Shown here: in pieces, positions 32,575 to 40,452 of the stretch
How positions within the stretch are numbered: the stretch's first letter is position 1
How the letters are laid out: every line of letters starts with the position of its first letter
Source: a bacterium
Lineage (GTDB): Bacteria; Patescibacteriota; Minisyncoccia; Minisyncoccales; CG1-02-41-26
NCBI GenBank assembly: GCA_030603395.1
Contig: JAUVXX010000002.1
Span: 79,807 to 143,806 of the forward strand
DNA: 64,000 nt
Reading direction: 5' to 3'
Made by a program: the position numbers and the translations under genes
The notes under the pieces: model-generated
What the model saw: the letters and a program-made list of their open reading frames with translations, nothing else
What the model was told of the DNA's origin: nothing
Database searches by the model: none

Positions 32575-34653
32575 TTAATCTTGCTCTAAAATTTCTTTAA
32601 AATTGTCTTTCCATTCAGGTTTGACGGCAATCGCCTGTTCGGCAAAATCTCTGGCCAACTCCTGATTACCGGAGATTTGAGCAATCTGAACAGCGATTTT
32701 ATGGGACTGAAGCCACCTTGGCTCCAAATCAATTGCTTTTTGGGCTAAACTCAAAGCAGTTTCAAAATCTCTCTGATAAATTTTGGTTTGAGTTAAAGCC
32801 CAATGTCCCTGCTGGTTAGTTGGAGATAATTCAATAGCTCTCCGACCATATTTTTCAGCTAAGGGGAGTTTTTCTGAATCAATTAAAGCATAAAGATTGT
32901 AAAGGTGGGCTAATCTGAGGATTGACCTAAAATCTAAAGGTGATTCTTTTTCTGTTTTTTCTAATTGGGCAATTAGAAAATCAAGTTCTTTGGCCATATC
33001 TTCTTTGGGAATTTTTTGAAGATTTCCTTGGATAATAGTTTGAGACTGCTGAGCAAAAAATTCTCTTATTTGATACTTTCCCATAGGTGAAGTTTCAAGG
33101 GTTTTTTGGTAAAGCTCAATTCTTTCTTGAGAATTTTGGGCTCTGAGAGCTTTTATTATCAAAGCGTCGGTTCTGAAGGGTTGGACGATGAATACAAAAA
33201 AAGTGAAGCAGAAGACCAAAAGCAAAATTCCTGCTGCCCATTGTTTCTTGGGAATGAATTTTTTCTCCCCACCCCTTTCTTTCTCCAGATTTGCCAGGAA
33301 ACTTCCAAATCCTAAAATTAACATAAACATCATTAAACTGGTGGCCATATCAAAAACAGTCATATTTTGAACAAAATAGCTGACCGGAATTACAAAGAAT
33401 ATTCCAAAGGTCCAAAAGTCAATTGTTTTTTCTTTAAAGAATTTTCTCCACAAAACATAAAAGAAGCTAAAGAATAATCCTAGATAAGTTAAAAATCCCA
33501 GGATGCCGGTGGTAACCAAGGTGTCAAAGACAATGTTGTGAGTTCTGTCAAACCAAATTTCTCCACCGCATTCTGAAGTAAAAAGACAAGGATTAAAATA
33601 TTTAGTAAAAACTACATTGTAATTTTCTGGACCCCAGCCAAGTAAGGGTTTTTCCAAAAATCCTTTTTGGGCCATTTCCCAGTTGATAGGTCTATCCGGA
33701 GCCGTGTATTCAAGAAATTTTTGATGAACAAAACTTCCTGGAAGAAAAAGCAGAATTGAACCAACTAAAACAGCTATTAGAGAAATCCCTAAAAGAATTT
33801 TTCCAAAAATTCTTATTTTATTAGACCTCGGTCGCAAAGCCAACCAAAAAAGGAATAATAAAGCTACTCCTCCAAAAAAAGCAATGGTAGCTGCCCGAGC
33901 TCCATTAAGATACATTACTGAAACTGTCAAGCTGATTCCCGCTAAAGAGTAAATTTTCCAGCCCCAATTTCTTTTTTGGAAAAATAGCCAAAGAGCCAAA
34001 AAAGCATTAAATAAAAGATAGGTTCCTAAGAAGGAGGTATTGCCCAAGGTTGTACCACCTCTGTCAGAAAATTTAAAGCTCTCTATTCCTCCCCGTTCAA
34101 GAAGAGCGGCTAAACTTACCAGGATAGAAACAGAGATTGAAACAATGAAAATTTTTCTCCAATCAGATGACTTTTTAAAAGTAGAAGACACTACCAAAAA
34201 GAACCCGAGCAGATGAAGCCAAACCAAAACTCCTGTCATTCTCTCATATTTTGACCAAAAAGAGCGCGAGAAATCTATTCCCAGAACAGCACTCAATATT
34301 AAAACAATTAAAAATAAGATTAAAGCTATGGAAATTGGGTTAAGTTTTGGCCGATATTTTTTGTAATTGATAGCTAAATAAAGCCAGACGAAAAATATAA
34401 TCTGGCAAAAAGCCATGAAATATAAACTTTTGGGACCAACAAAGGGGAAATAAAATTTAGACGAAATAATTAAGGGAGTAAATAAAGCCAAATATACCCC
34501 AAAGCGAATGAAGTTCAATAGAAAAGAGACGAGAGGAGTTTCTCTTTCAGTGGCCTCTCCTTTAAGAGTTTCTATTTCTCCTCCTTGCCCGCTGTAGCCT
34601 TGGCGAAGGCGGGTTTCTCTCCTTTCTCTTTTTTCTCTTGATTTTTTACCCAT
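32575..34653 (-). CDS. O-antigen ligase (Wzy_C)-like polytopic membrane protein with C-terminal TPR repeats (paralogue 2)
   Basis: It has multiple TM helices and the Wzy_C-type motif RTHNIVFDTLVTTGILGFLTYL. The C-terminal TPR-like repeats include AIELSPTNQQGHWAL..., AIDLEPRW... and AIAVKPEW. Its start overlaps the upstream dehydratase stop through ATGGGTAA. Confidence 0.7.
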   Translation of the reverse strand: MGKKSREKRERRETRLRQGYSGQGGEIETLKGEATERETPLVSFLLNFIRFGVYLALFTPLIISSKFYFPFVGPKSLYFMAFCQIIFFVWLYLAINYKKYRPKLNPISIALILFLIVLILSAVLGIDFSRSFWSKYERMTGVLVWLHLLGFFLVVSSTFKKSSDWRKIFIVSISVSILVSLAALLERGGIESFKFSDRGGTTLGNTSFLGTYLLFNAFLALWLFFQKRNWGWKIYSLAGISLTVSVMYLNGARAATIAFFGGVALLFLFWLALRPRSNKIRIFGKILLGISLIAVLVGSILLFLPGSFVHQKFLEYTAPDRPINWEMAQKGFLEKPLLGWGPENYNVVFTKYFNPCLFTSECGGEIWFDRTHNIVFDTLVTTGILGFLTYLGLFFSFFYVLWRKFFKEKTIDFWTFGIFFVIPVSYFVQNMTVFDMATSLMMFMLILGFGSFLANLEKERGGEKKFIPKKQWAAGILLLVFCFTFFVFIVQPFRTDALIIKALRAQNSQERIELYQKTLETSPMGKYQIREFFAQQSQTIIQGNLQKIPKEDMAKELDFLIAQLEKTEKESPLDFRSILRLAHLYNLYALIDSEKLPLAEKYGRRAIELSPTNQQGHWALTQTKIYQRDFETALSLAQKAIDLEPRWLQSHKIAVQIAQISGNQELARDFAEQAIAVKPEWKDNFKEILEQD
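34575..34620. repeat. GC-rich two-tier palindromic element, copy 2 (inside the 5' end of paralogue 2)
   Basis: tttctcctccttgcccgctgtagc cttggcga aggcgggtttctct. The outer stem is CCCGC/GCGGG and the inner stem is GCCTT/AAGGC. It is translated as RRETRLRQGYSGQGGE, one frame away from copy 1. Confidence 0.8.
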
Positions 34654-36493
34654 TGACGTAAGTAGGAATAAGTGTTTTTAGGGTTTTTATGATGGATTCT
34701 CTATCCTGATTTTGAGCGGCTGTCTTTAGTTTTTCTAATCCTGAATTTAATTTTTCTTCCTCAACTTTAGAAAGTTTAGCCATAAAAATTTTTTGATTCT
34801 GAGTGGCTATTGTTCCTTCTTCAGCGGTCAAAATTTCTTCAAAAAATTTCTCCCCGGGTCGAGGTTCGGTAAAAACAATGGGAATATCTTTATCCGGTTC
34901 AAGTCCAGAAAGTCGAATTAATTCTCGAGCTAAATCTATTATCCTAAGAGGGTCACCCATATCTAAAACAAACACTTCTCCCCCTTGACCCATAACCCCT
35001 GCTTGGAGCACTAAAAGGCAGGCTTCGGGGGTGGTCATAAAATATCTTCTCATTTCCGAATGGGTAACCTTTATCGGTTCTCTCTTTCTTATCTGTTCTT
35101 TAAAAATTGGAATGACGCTCCCCCGGCTGTTTAAGACGTTGCCAAACCGAACCGAAATAAATTTAGTAGGATTTTTTTGATTTAAAGTTTGGCCAATCAT
35201 CTCCCCTATTCTCTTGGTAGCCCCCATTACTGAAGTTGGGTTAATTGCTTTATCGGTGGAAATAAAAACAAATTTTTCTGCTCCGTGCCCAAGGGCCATT
35301 TCAGCAACTATTTTCATCCCAAAAATATTATTTTTCACTGCTTCATCCGGATGAATTTCCATTAAAGGAACGTGCTTGTAAGCAGCAGCATGAAAAACGA
35401 GCTGGGGATGGAACTTATTAAAAATTTTCTCAATCTTTGACCTGTCCTGAATATCGGCTATCAGGGAAGCGATGTTTAATCTTGGGAATTTATTTTCCAA
35501 CTCTTGGGAAATGTTAAAAATACCGGTTTCATCCTGGTCAAGCATTAAAAGCAAGGAGGGATTGAATTTAGCTGCTTGTCGGCAAAGTTCAGAACCAATT
35601 GAGCCAGCCGCCCCGGTAATTAAAACTTTTTTATTTCTAATAAAATTTTCAATTGACTGCTGGTCTAAAGAAATTGGCTCTCTGCCCAATAAATCTTCCA
35701 TCTTCACTTCTCGGAGCGCTCCAACGCCAACTTGACCGTTAATAACCTCACTAAGAGAGGAAACTATCTTAATTTTCTTAAGGCCAGCTTTTCTTCCATT
35801 GCCAACGGCCGCCCTAATGGTCTGGGAGCCGGCAGATGGCAAAGCGATAATTAAACTCTCTACCTGGCGTGATTTTACCACGGTGGGAATGTCCTTAATT
35901 TTTCCAAAAACTTTAAGTCCATGAATGGATACTTTCTGCTTTCTTAAGTCGTCATCTACAAAACCTATTGGAAGATAGGGACTAAATTCAGAGCTTAAAA
36001 TACTTCTTAAAATTTGTTCACCGGCATTCCCCGCCCCAACAATTAAAGTTCTTTCTTTCTTTTTCCTGCCTCTTTTAGGGAAAAGCCGAAGATAAATTCT
36101 TTTGGAAAAACGAATGCTCCCGCAGAATAAGAAAACCAAAAAATAACCAACAAAAAGGATAGAGCGGGGAAAGCCGGCAAAAATCGGATGCTCTCTTAAA
36201 ATGAAAAGGGAAGCTGCTAAAAATAAAAAGCTCAGGGTAACGGCTTTAAATAGAGATATTAATTCTTCGGTGCTGACATAAGCCCAGGAAAAAGAATAGA
36301 GTTTTAAAAAATGAAAAACGGGGAGACAAAAGATTAAAGCTAATAAAATTATTCCCCAAATATTTGAAAAATATTGAGAAGGTATTATTCCTTCAAATCT
36401 TAAAAGAAAAGCAAAATAGATGGCTAGGCAAATCAGAAAGACGTCAGCAATTAAAAATAAGATTTTTCTAAATTTAGCAATAAAATTAGTCAT
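34646..36493 (-). CDS. membrane-anchored nucleotide-sugar 4,6-dehydratase (CapD/PglF/WbpM family polysaccharide biosynthesis protein)
   Basis: 615 aa with four N-terminal TM helices. It has two Rossmann motifs (LIVGAGNAGEQI and VLITGAAGSIGSEL) and FVFISTDKAINPTSVMGATKR, which carries the SDR catalytic region. Confidence 0.85.
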   Translation of the reverse strand: MTNFIAKFRKILFLIADVFLICLAIYFAFLLRFEGIIPSQYFSNIWGIILLALIFCLPVFHFLKLYSFSWAYVSTEELISLFKAVTLSFLFLAASLFILREHPIFAGFPRSILFVGYFLVFLFCGSIRFSKRIYLRLFPKRGRKKKERTLIVGAGNAGEQILRSILSSEFSPYLPIGFVDDDLRKQKVSIHGLKVFGKIKDIPTVVKSRQVESLIIALPSAGSQTIRAAVGNGRKAGLKKIKIVSSLSEVINGQVGVGALREVKMEDLLGREPISLDQQSIENFIRNKKVLITGAAGSIGSELCRQAAKFNPSLLLMLDQDETGIFNISQELENKFPRLNIASLIADIQDRSKIEKIFNKFHPQLVFHAAAYKHVPLMEIHPDEAVKNNIFGMKIVAEMALGHGAEKFVFISTDKAINPTSVMGATKRIGEMIGQTLNQKNPTKFISVRFGNVLNSRGSVIPIFKEQIRKREPIKVTHSEMRRYFMTTPEACLLVLQAGVMGQGGEVFVLDMGDPLRIIDLARELIRLSGLEPDKDIPIVFTEPRPGEKFFEEILTAEEGTIATQNQKIFMAKLSKVEEEKLNSGLEKLKTAAQNQDRESIIKTLKTLIPTYVNG

Positions 36494-37601
36494 TTTTTAT
36501 ATAAAAATCTTTAAGGCACTCCATCACATACTCTGCCTGTTTATTGGTTAATTCGGGGTAGAGAGGCAAAGAAATGACTTCTTTGGCAAGTTGTTCGGTA
36601 TAAGGGAGCTGGAAATGGGAAAGCGAAAGCCCTTTATGCCAATGATTAGGAATGGGGTCTTTTATTAAAGTTTCCACCCCCTTTTCTTTTAAAAACTCAA
36701 AAAGTTCATCTCTTTTTTGGGCTTTCAAAACATAATTTTGATAAACATCAAAATATTCTGGATTGGCATCGGGCGCTGGCGGAAGTTTCAGTCCCGAAAG
36801 AGCAGATAGATTTTTTGTATAAATTTCAGCAAGCTCTCTTCTTCTCTTTATCCATTTTGGTAAATATTTAATCTTTACGTTTAAAATGGCTGCCTGAAGA
36901 TTGTCCAGGCGGGAAGTCCAACCGTAACAAACTATTTCGGTTTTCGTTTTCTGTCCATGGTCTCTAAAAAGCCGGACTTTTTGGGCAATGTCTTGATTGT
37001 TGGTTGCCACCGCTCCCCCGTCGCCCAATGCTCCCAAAATTTTTGCCGGATAAAAACTGAAAGTTCCTGTTAAGCCGAACGAGCCCGCCATTTTCCCGTT
37101 AAACTTGGCGCCTAAGGCCTGGGCGGCATCCTCAATAACTATTAAATTATGTTTTTGGCTGAGCTCCATCAATTTCTCCATATGACACATTCTACCATTA
37201 AGATGAACAGGCATTATGGCCTTGGTTTTCGGAGTAATAGCTGCCTCTATTTTTTCCAGAGCCATGGTAAAATCCTCTGCTACCTCTATCAAAACTGGTT
37301 TGGCTCCTATGTGGACAATACTGGCTATGGAAGCAACAAAGGTATGAGAAACAGTAATTACTTCATCTCCTTTTCCTATTCCAGCAGCTTTCAAAGAGAA
37401 AATTAAAGCATCGGTGCCGCTATTAAGCCCGACAACATATTTTACTCCTAAAAAAGAAGCCAAATTCTTTTCAAAACTTTCTACATCCGAACGTAAAATC
37501 AAATCCCCTCTCGAAAGAACACCTTGAATAGCATCGTCTATCTCATTTTTCAAATTTTGATATTGTAACTTGTAACCAACAAAGGAAACTTTATATTTCA
37601 T
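36486..37601 (-). CDS. DegT/DnrJ/EryC1 family sugar aminotransferase (PglE/WecE-like)
   Basis: 371 aa. It has LNSGTDALIF, VIEDAAQALGAKFNGKMAGSFG and FSFYPAKILGALGDGGAV, which includes the PLP Lys. Confidence 0.85.
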   Translation of the reverse strand: MKYKVSFVGYKLQYQNLKNEIDDAIQGVLSRGDLILRSDVESFEKNLASFLGVKYVVGLNSGTDALIFSLKAAGIGKGDEVITVSHTFVASIASIVHIGAKPVLIEVAEDFTMALEKIEAAITPKTKAIMPVHLNGRMCHMEKLMELSQKHNLIVIEDAAQALGAKFNGKMAGSFGLTGTFSFYPAKILGALGDGGAVATNNQDIAQKVRLFRDHGQKTKTEIVCYGWTSRLDNLQAAILNVKIKYLPKWIKRRRELAEIYTKNLSALSGLKLPPAPDANPEYFDVYQNYVLKAQKRDELFEFLKEKGVETLIKDPIPNHWHKGLSLSHFQLPYTEQLAKEVISLPLYPELTNKQAEYVMECLKDFYIKND

Positions 37602-37607
37602 AATCTT

Positions 37608-38093
37608 TCACAATCTTATATAAGCCGGGCCCTTTCTTTTATATTCTTCACGAATAACCTTCTCAACTTCTTTTGAAGTTTCGGGAGTGTGGATTTTAAT
37701 ATTGGGTAAATGCTTCAGCACCTTAATATCCTCATCTTTTTCAATATTGTGCGTAAATCCCAAGAATTTGTAATATTGATAACCACCAACAGCTATAATC
37801 TTCACGTTGGCATTGTGATAACAAACATCATCTCTTAATTGTTCATAACAGCGCATAATAACAAAAGGTATGATTCCGTAGACATAGGGCTTTTTGCCGC
37901 TTTGAGCAAGGCCTGCGGCAATTCCCATTATTGTTTGTTCGGTTATTCCACAGTTAATATATTGGTTTGGGAATTTCTTTTCAAAATCTTCAAATAAATT
38001 AAAACCGGTGTCATCGTTAAGCAACCAAACATTTTTGTCTTTTTCCGCTAACTCTATTAATTTTTCAACGAAGATTGTTCTTAGCTTTTTCAT
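37608..38093 (-). CDS. transketolase-family pyrimidine-binding (Pyr) domain protein, lacking the usual C-terminal TKC domain
   Basis: 161 aa. FPNQYINCGITEQTIMGIAAGLAQSGKKPYVYGIIPFVIMRCYEQLRDDV aligns with the first half of the 315-aa subunit at 59072-60019. The ORF stops where the TKC domain would begin, and the next gene starts 7 nt later. Confidence 0.7.
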   Translation of the reverse strand: MKKLRTIFVEKLIELAEKDKNVWLLNDDTGFNLFEDFEKKFPNQYINCGITEQTIMGIAAGLAQSGKKPYVYGIIPFVIMRCYEQLRDDVCYHNANVKIIAVGGYQYYKFLGFTHNIEKDEDIKVLKHLPNIKIHTPETSKEVEKVIREEYKRKGPAYIRL

Positions 38094-38109
38094 ATTTCTT
38101 TGAATCTAT

Positions 38110-38868
38110 TTACATTTTATCAATATCCCTTAAGGCCCTTTTCATCAACTTTTCATCTAAATTATAGTAATGCCATTCCAATTTATTTTCAGCAAAGGAC
38201 ACTCCTTTTCCTTTAATTGTATCGCAAATTATCATATTTGGTTTTTTACTTGATAAATTTTCACAAGCTTTTATTATCTCTTTTATATTATGACCATCAA
38301 CCCGTTGAACTGCCCAATCAAACATTTTTATTCTTTTATCTAATGGTTCTATGTTTAGTACCTCTTTGGTCCATCCAAAAGCTTGAAGACGATTATTGTC
38401 AATTAGAGCTATTAAATTATTTAATTTGTGTTGTGAAGCAAATAAAATTGATTCATAAAAAGTTCCTGGTTGACATTCTCCATCTGACATTAAAACAAAA
38501 ACCTTTCTGTTTCTATCCGCCAGAGCCATTCCAATTGCCACTGGCAATCCGTGTCCAACTGAACCGAAAGAGTGTTCAATTCCTGGAACTGTATGATGAA
38601 CTAATCCCCAGTATTTAGAACCTATTTCATAATAATTCTCATATAAATCATTCCAATCAATAACGCCTTTCTCTGCCAATATAGAATACAAAGCAGCTGC
38701 CGCCCACCCCTTGCTCATTAAGAATTTATCTTCTGGTTTCATTATCCCTCCAAAATAAAGAGCAACCAATATTTCGATGCAAGACATACAGGAGCCCAAA
38801 TGACAAGCTTGATGTTTGTAAAGAAGTTCTACTACTTGTCTTCTGATTTTTTTAGCTATTTTTTTCAT
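38110..38868 (-). CDS. transketolase N-terminal (ThDP/PP-domain) subunit, divergent
   Basis: 252 aa. It has CHLGSCMSCIEIL and FGSVGHGLPVAIGMAL. The ThDP motif is altered to MSDGECQPGTFYES...NLIALIDNNRLQ, whereas copy 2 has the canonical SGDGELYEGAVWEA. Confidence 0.8.
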   Translation of the reverse strand: MKKIAKKIRRQVVELLYKHQACHLGSCMSCIEILVALYFGGIMKPEDKFLMSKGWAAAALYSILAEKGVIDWNDLYENYYEIGSKYWGLVHHTVPGIEHSFGSVGHGLPVAIGMALADRNRKVFVLMSDGECQPGTFYESILFASQHKLNNLIALIDNNRLQAFGWTKEVLNIEPLDKRIKMFDWAVQRVDGHNIKEIIKACENLSSKKPNMIICDTIKGKGVSFAENKLEWHYYNLDEKLMKRALRDIDKM

Positions 38869-39458
38869 TGAAATATTTTAAAAATTGTTTTAAGAATTAT
38901 TTTAATATCCAATAAAAACGAATGGTTTTTAACGTATTTTATTTGGAGTTCAATTTTTTTTGGCCTTATCTTTTCCAAATAAGTTTTTTCCGGGTCAGGG
39001 CTTCCTCTCAAAATTTCGCCCTCATGAAAATTTTGCAGGCAGGCCAAATCGGTCATTCCCGGCAAAACCGACAGGATTGTCTCTTTTTCCTCCTCTGACA
39101 TTATATCAACATACATTTGAACTTCGGGCCTGGGACCAACAAAACTCATCTTTCCCCTTAAAACATCAATCAACTGAGGCAATTCGTCCAACTGGTATTT
39201 TTTAAGGAATCTTCCTATTTTTGTTAAACGGGGGTCATCAGCAGCCGTTGAGGGTCCGCCAAGACTTTGGGCATTTTCAATCATTGTCCTGAATTTAAAA
39301 ATCCTGAATGGTTTGCCAAGACGGCCGAGCCTCTCTCCCCGAAAAAAAACCGGGCCCTTAGAATCAAGTTTTATTAAAACAGCCATAACAATTAACAATG
39401 GCGAAGTTATTATCAATCCTAAAAAAGAAAAAACAATATCAAATAATCTTTTTGCCAT
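38865..39458 (-). CDS. initiating sugar-phosphate transferase (bacterial sugar transferase family, PglC/WbaP C-terminal type)
   Basis: MAKRLFDIVFSFLGLIITSPLLIVMAVLIKLDSKGPVFFRGERLGRLGKPFRIFKFRTM...DELPQLIDVLRGKMSFVGPRP. The ORF-track start at 39491 is a TTG that overlaps the upstream gene by 32 nt. The ATG at 39456-39458 gives the canonical N-terminus. Confidence 0.85.
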   Translation of the reverse strand: MAKRLFDIVFSFLGLIITSPLLIVMAVLIKLDSKGPVFFRGERLGRLGKPFRIFKFRTMIENAQSLGGPSTAADDPRLTKIGRFLKKYQLDELPQLIDVLRGKMSFVGPRPEVQMYVDIMSEEEKETILSVLPGMTDLACLQNFHEGEILRGSPDPEKTYLEKIRPKKIELQIKYVKNHSFLLDIKIILKTIFKIFQ

Positions 39459-39459
39459 G

Positions 39460-40233
39460 TTATTTCTTGGGCTGGGAAAAAATAAAGACAATTTTAAAGG
39501 CGTATTTTCTTAAAAACGGCAGGCAAAACAATATTCTATCAATTGCTTCAAAGAACTTTAATAAAGATTTAGCTCCTTTAATATTAAGAAACGGGAAAAT
39601 TATCCAGGAAACCAGGTGGAAAAATCTGACTTCAACCCTGCTGAAATAGTTTTTAGCTAAATCAATGTCTTTTATTCTCAAGATATGCTCGGCTGCCCAC
39701 TTTGTTCTCTTTCCCCGCAGCTTATTAATTTTTCTCTTGAAGTTGGTCAAGGGATTATGGCCAAAAGTTTCAATTCCGACAAGAAACCCGGTTGGTTTTA
39801 AAACTCTGGCCAATTCAGGATAAGCTTTTTTGACATCCAGGGAAGAGAAGGTGCCGCCGTCAAAAATTATATCAAAAAAATTGTCCGGAAATTTTAATTC
39901 TTCGCAGTCCATCAGTAAAAAATCGGTCTTGTCTTCAACTCCCTCTTGTTTTGCTTTCTCTTTAGCAATTTTGAGCAATGGTTCAGAAAGGTCAATGCCA
40001 ATCATCTTTGCCCCTTGTTTAGCCAGAAAAACAGAATGAATTCCATTTCCACAGCCGTAATCCAAAACTTTTTTATCTTGACAATTTTTTGTCAGCCAAT
40101 GGTAACAAAATTTGAAACTTGATAAAGACGAAGGGTCAAATCCTTCAAAATCACCCTCCTGCCATTGTTCTGCTTTCTTGTCGTAATATTCAATTTCTTT
40201 TTGTTTTCTTGGCTCCACAATTAAAATATTCAT
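39460..40233 (-). CDS. class I SAM-dependent methyltransferase
   Basis: 257 aa. It has the SAM motif I VLDYGCGNGIHS and the post-I segment MIGIDLS, followed by FDIIFDGGTF. Confidence 0.75.
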   Translation of the reverse strand: MNILIVEPRKQKEIEYYDKKAEQWQEGDFEGFDPSSLSSFKFCYHWLTKNCQDKKVLDYGCGNGIHSVFLAKQGAKMIGIDLSEPLLKIAKEKAKQEGVEDKTDFLLMDCEELKFPDNFFDIIFDGGTFSSLDVKKAYPELARVLKPTGFLVGIETFGHNPLTNFKRKINKLRGKRTKWAAEHILRIKDIDLAKNYFSRVEVRFFHLVSWIIFPFLNIKGAKSLLKFFEAIDRILFCLPFLRKYAFKIVFIFSQPKK

Positions 40234-40236
40234 TAC

Positions 40237-40410
40237 GCTAAAGCTTGCGAATATTTTTTAGAAACCCACGGTTTCTAACGCTCGCAAGCTTTGCTTGCTC
40301 ACTGTTTTCCTCCACGGGGAAACACCCAGTTTCCCCGACCCCCTTTCTGATTTTATCGGAATTTCAATTCCGATAAAACAAAAAATAGTACTTAATTTTA
40401 GGTACTATTT
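40237..40410 (-). promoter_or_regulatory. cluster of four unrelated perfect hairpins in the GT2-methyltransferase spacer
   Basis: - A (40237-40294): outer stem AAAGCTTGCGA/TCGCAAGCTTT and inner stem TTAGAAACC-cac-GGTTTCTAA.
- B (40315-40337): CGGGGAAAC-accca-GTTTCCCCG.
- C (40351-40378): TTTTATCGGAA-tttcaa-TTCCGATAAAA.
- D (40383-40410): AAATAGTAC-N10-GTACTATTT, followed on the minus strand by TTTGTTTT, which is terminator-like.

Hairpin A ends 3 nt before the methyltransferase ATG. Confidence 0.6.
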
Positions 40411-40452
40411 ATCTTACAAAAATTTTTGGACTTTTTCAACCCTAAGCTTACT

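Noticed and set aside
38094-38109. Checked whether the short transketolase Pyr-domain gene (37608-38093) is a frameshifted remnant with its TKC domain in another frame
   Set aside because: The next gene (an aminotransferase) starts 7 nt after its stop, so no room is left for a displaced TKC domain. The truncation is real at the DNA level and is not a local frameshift.
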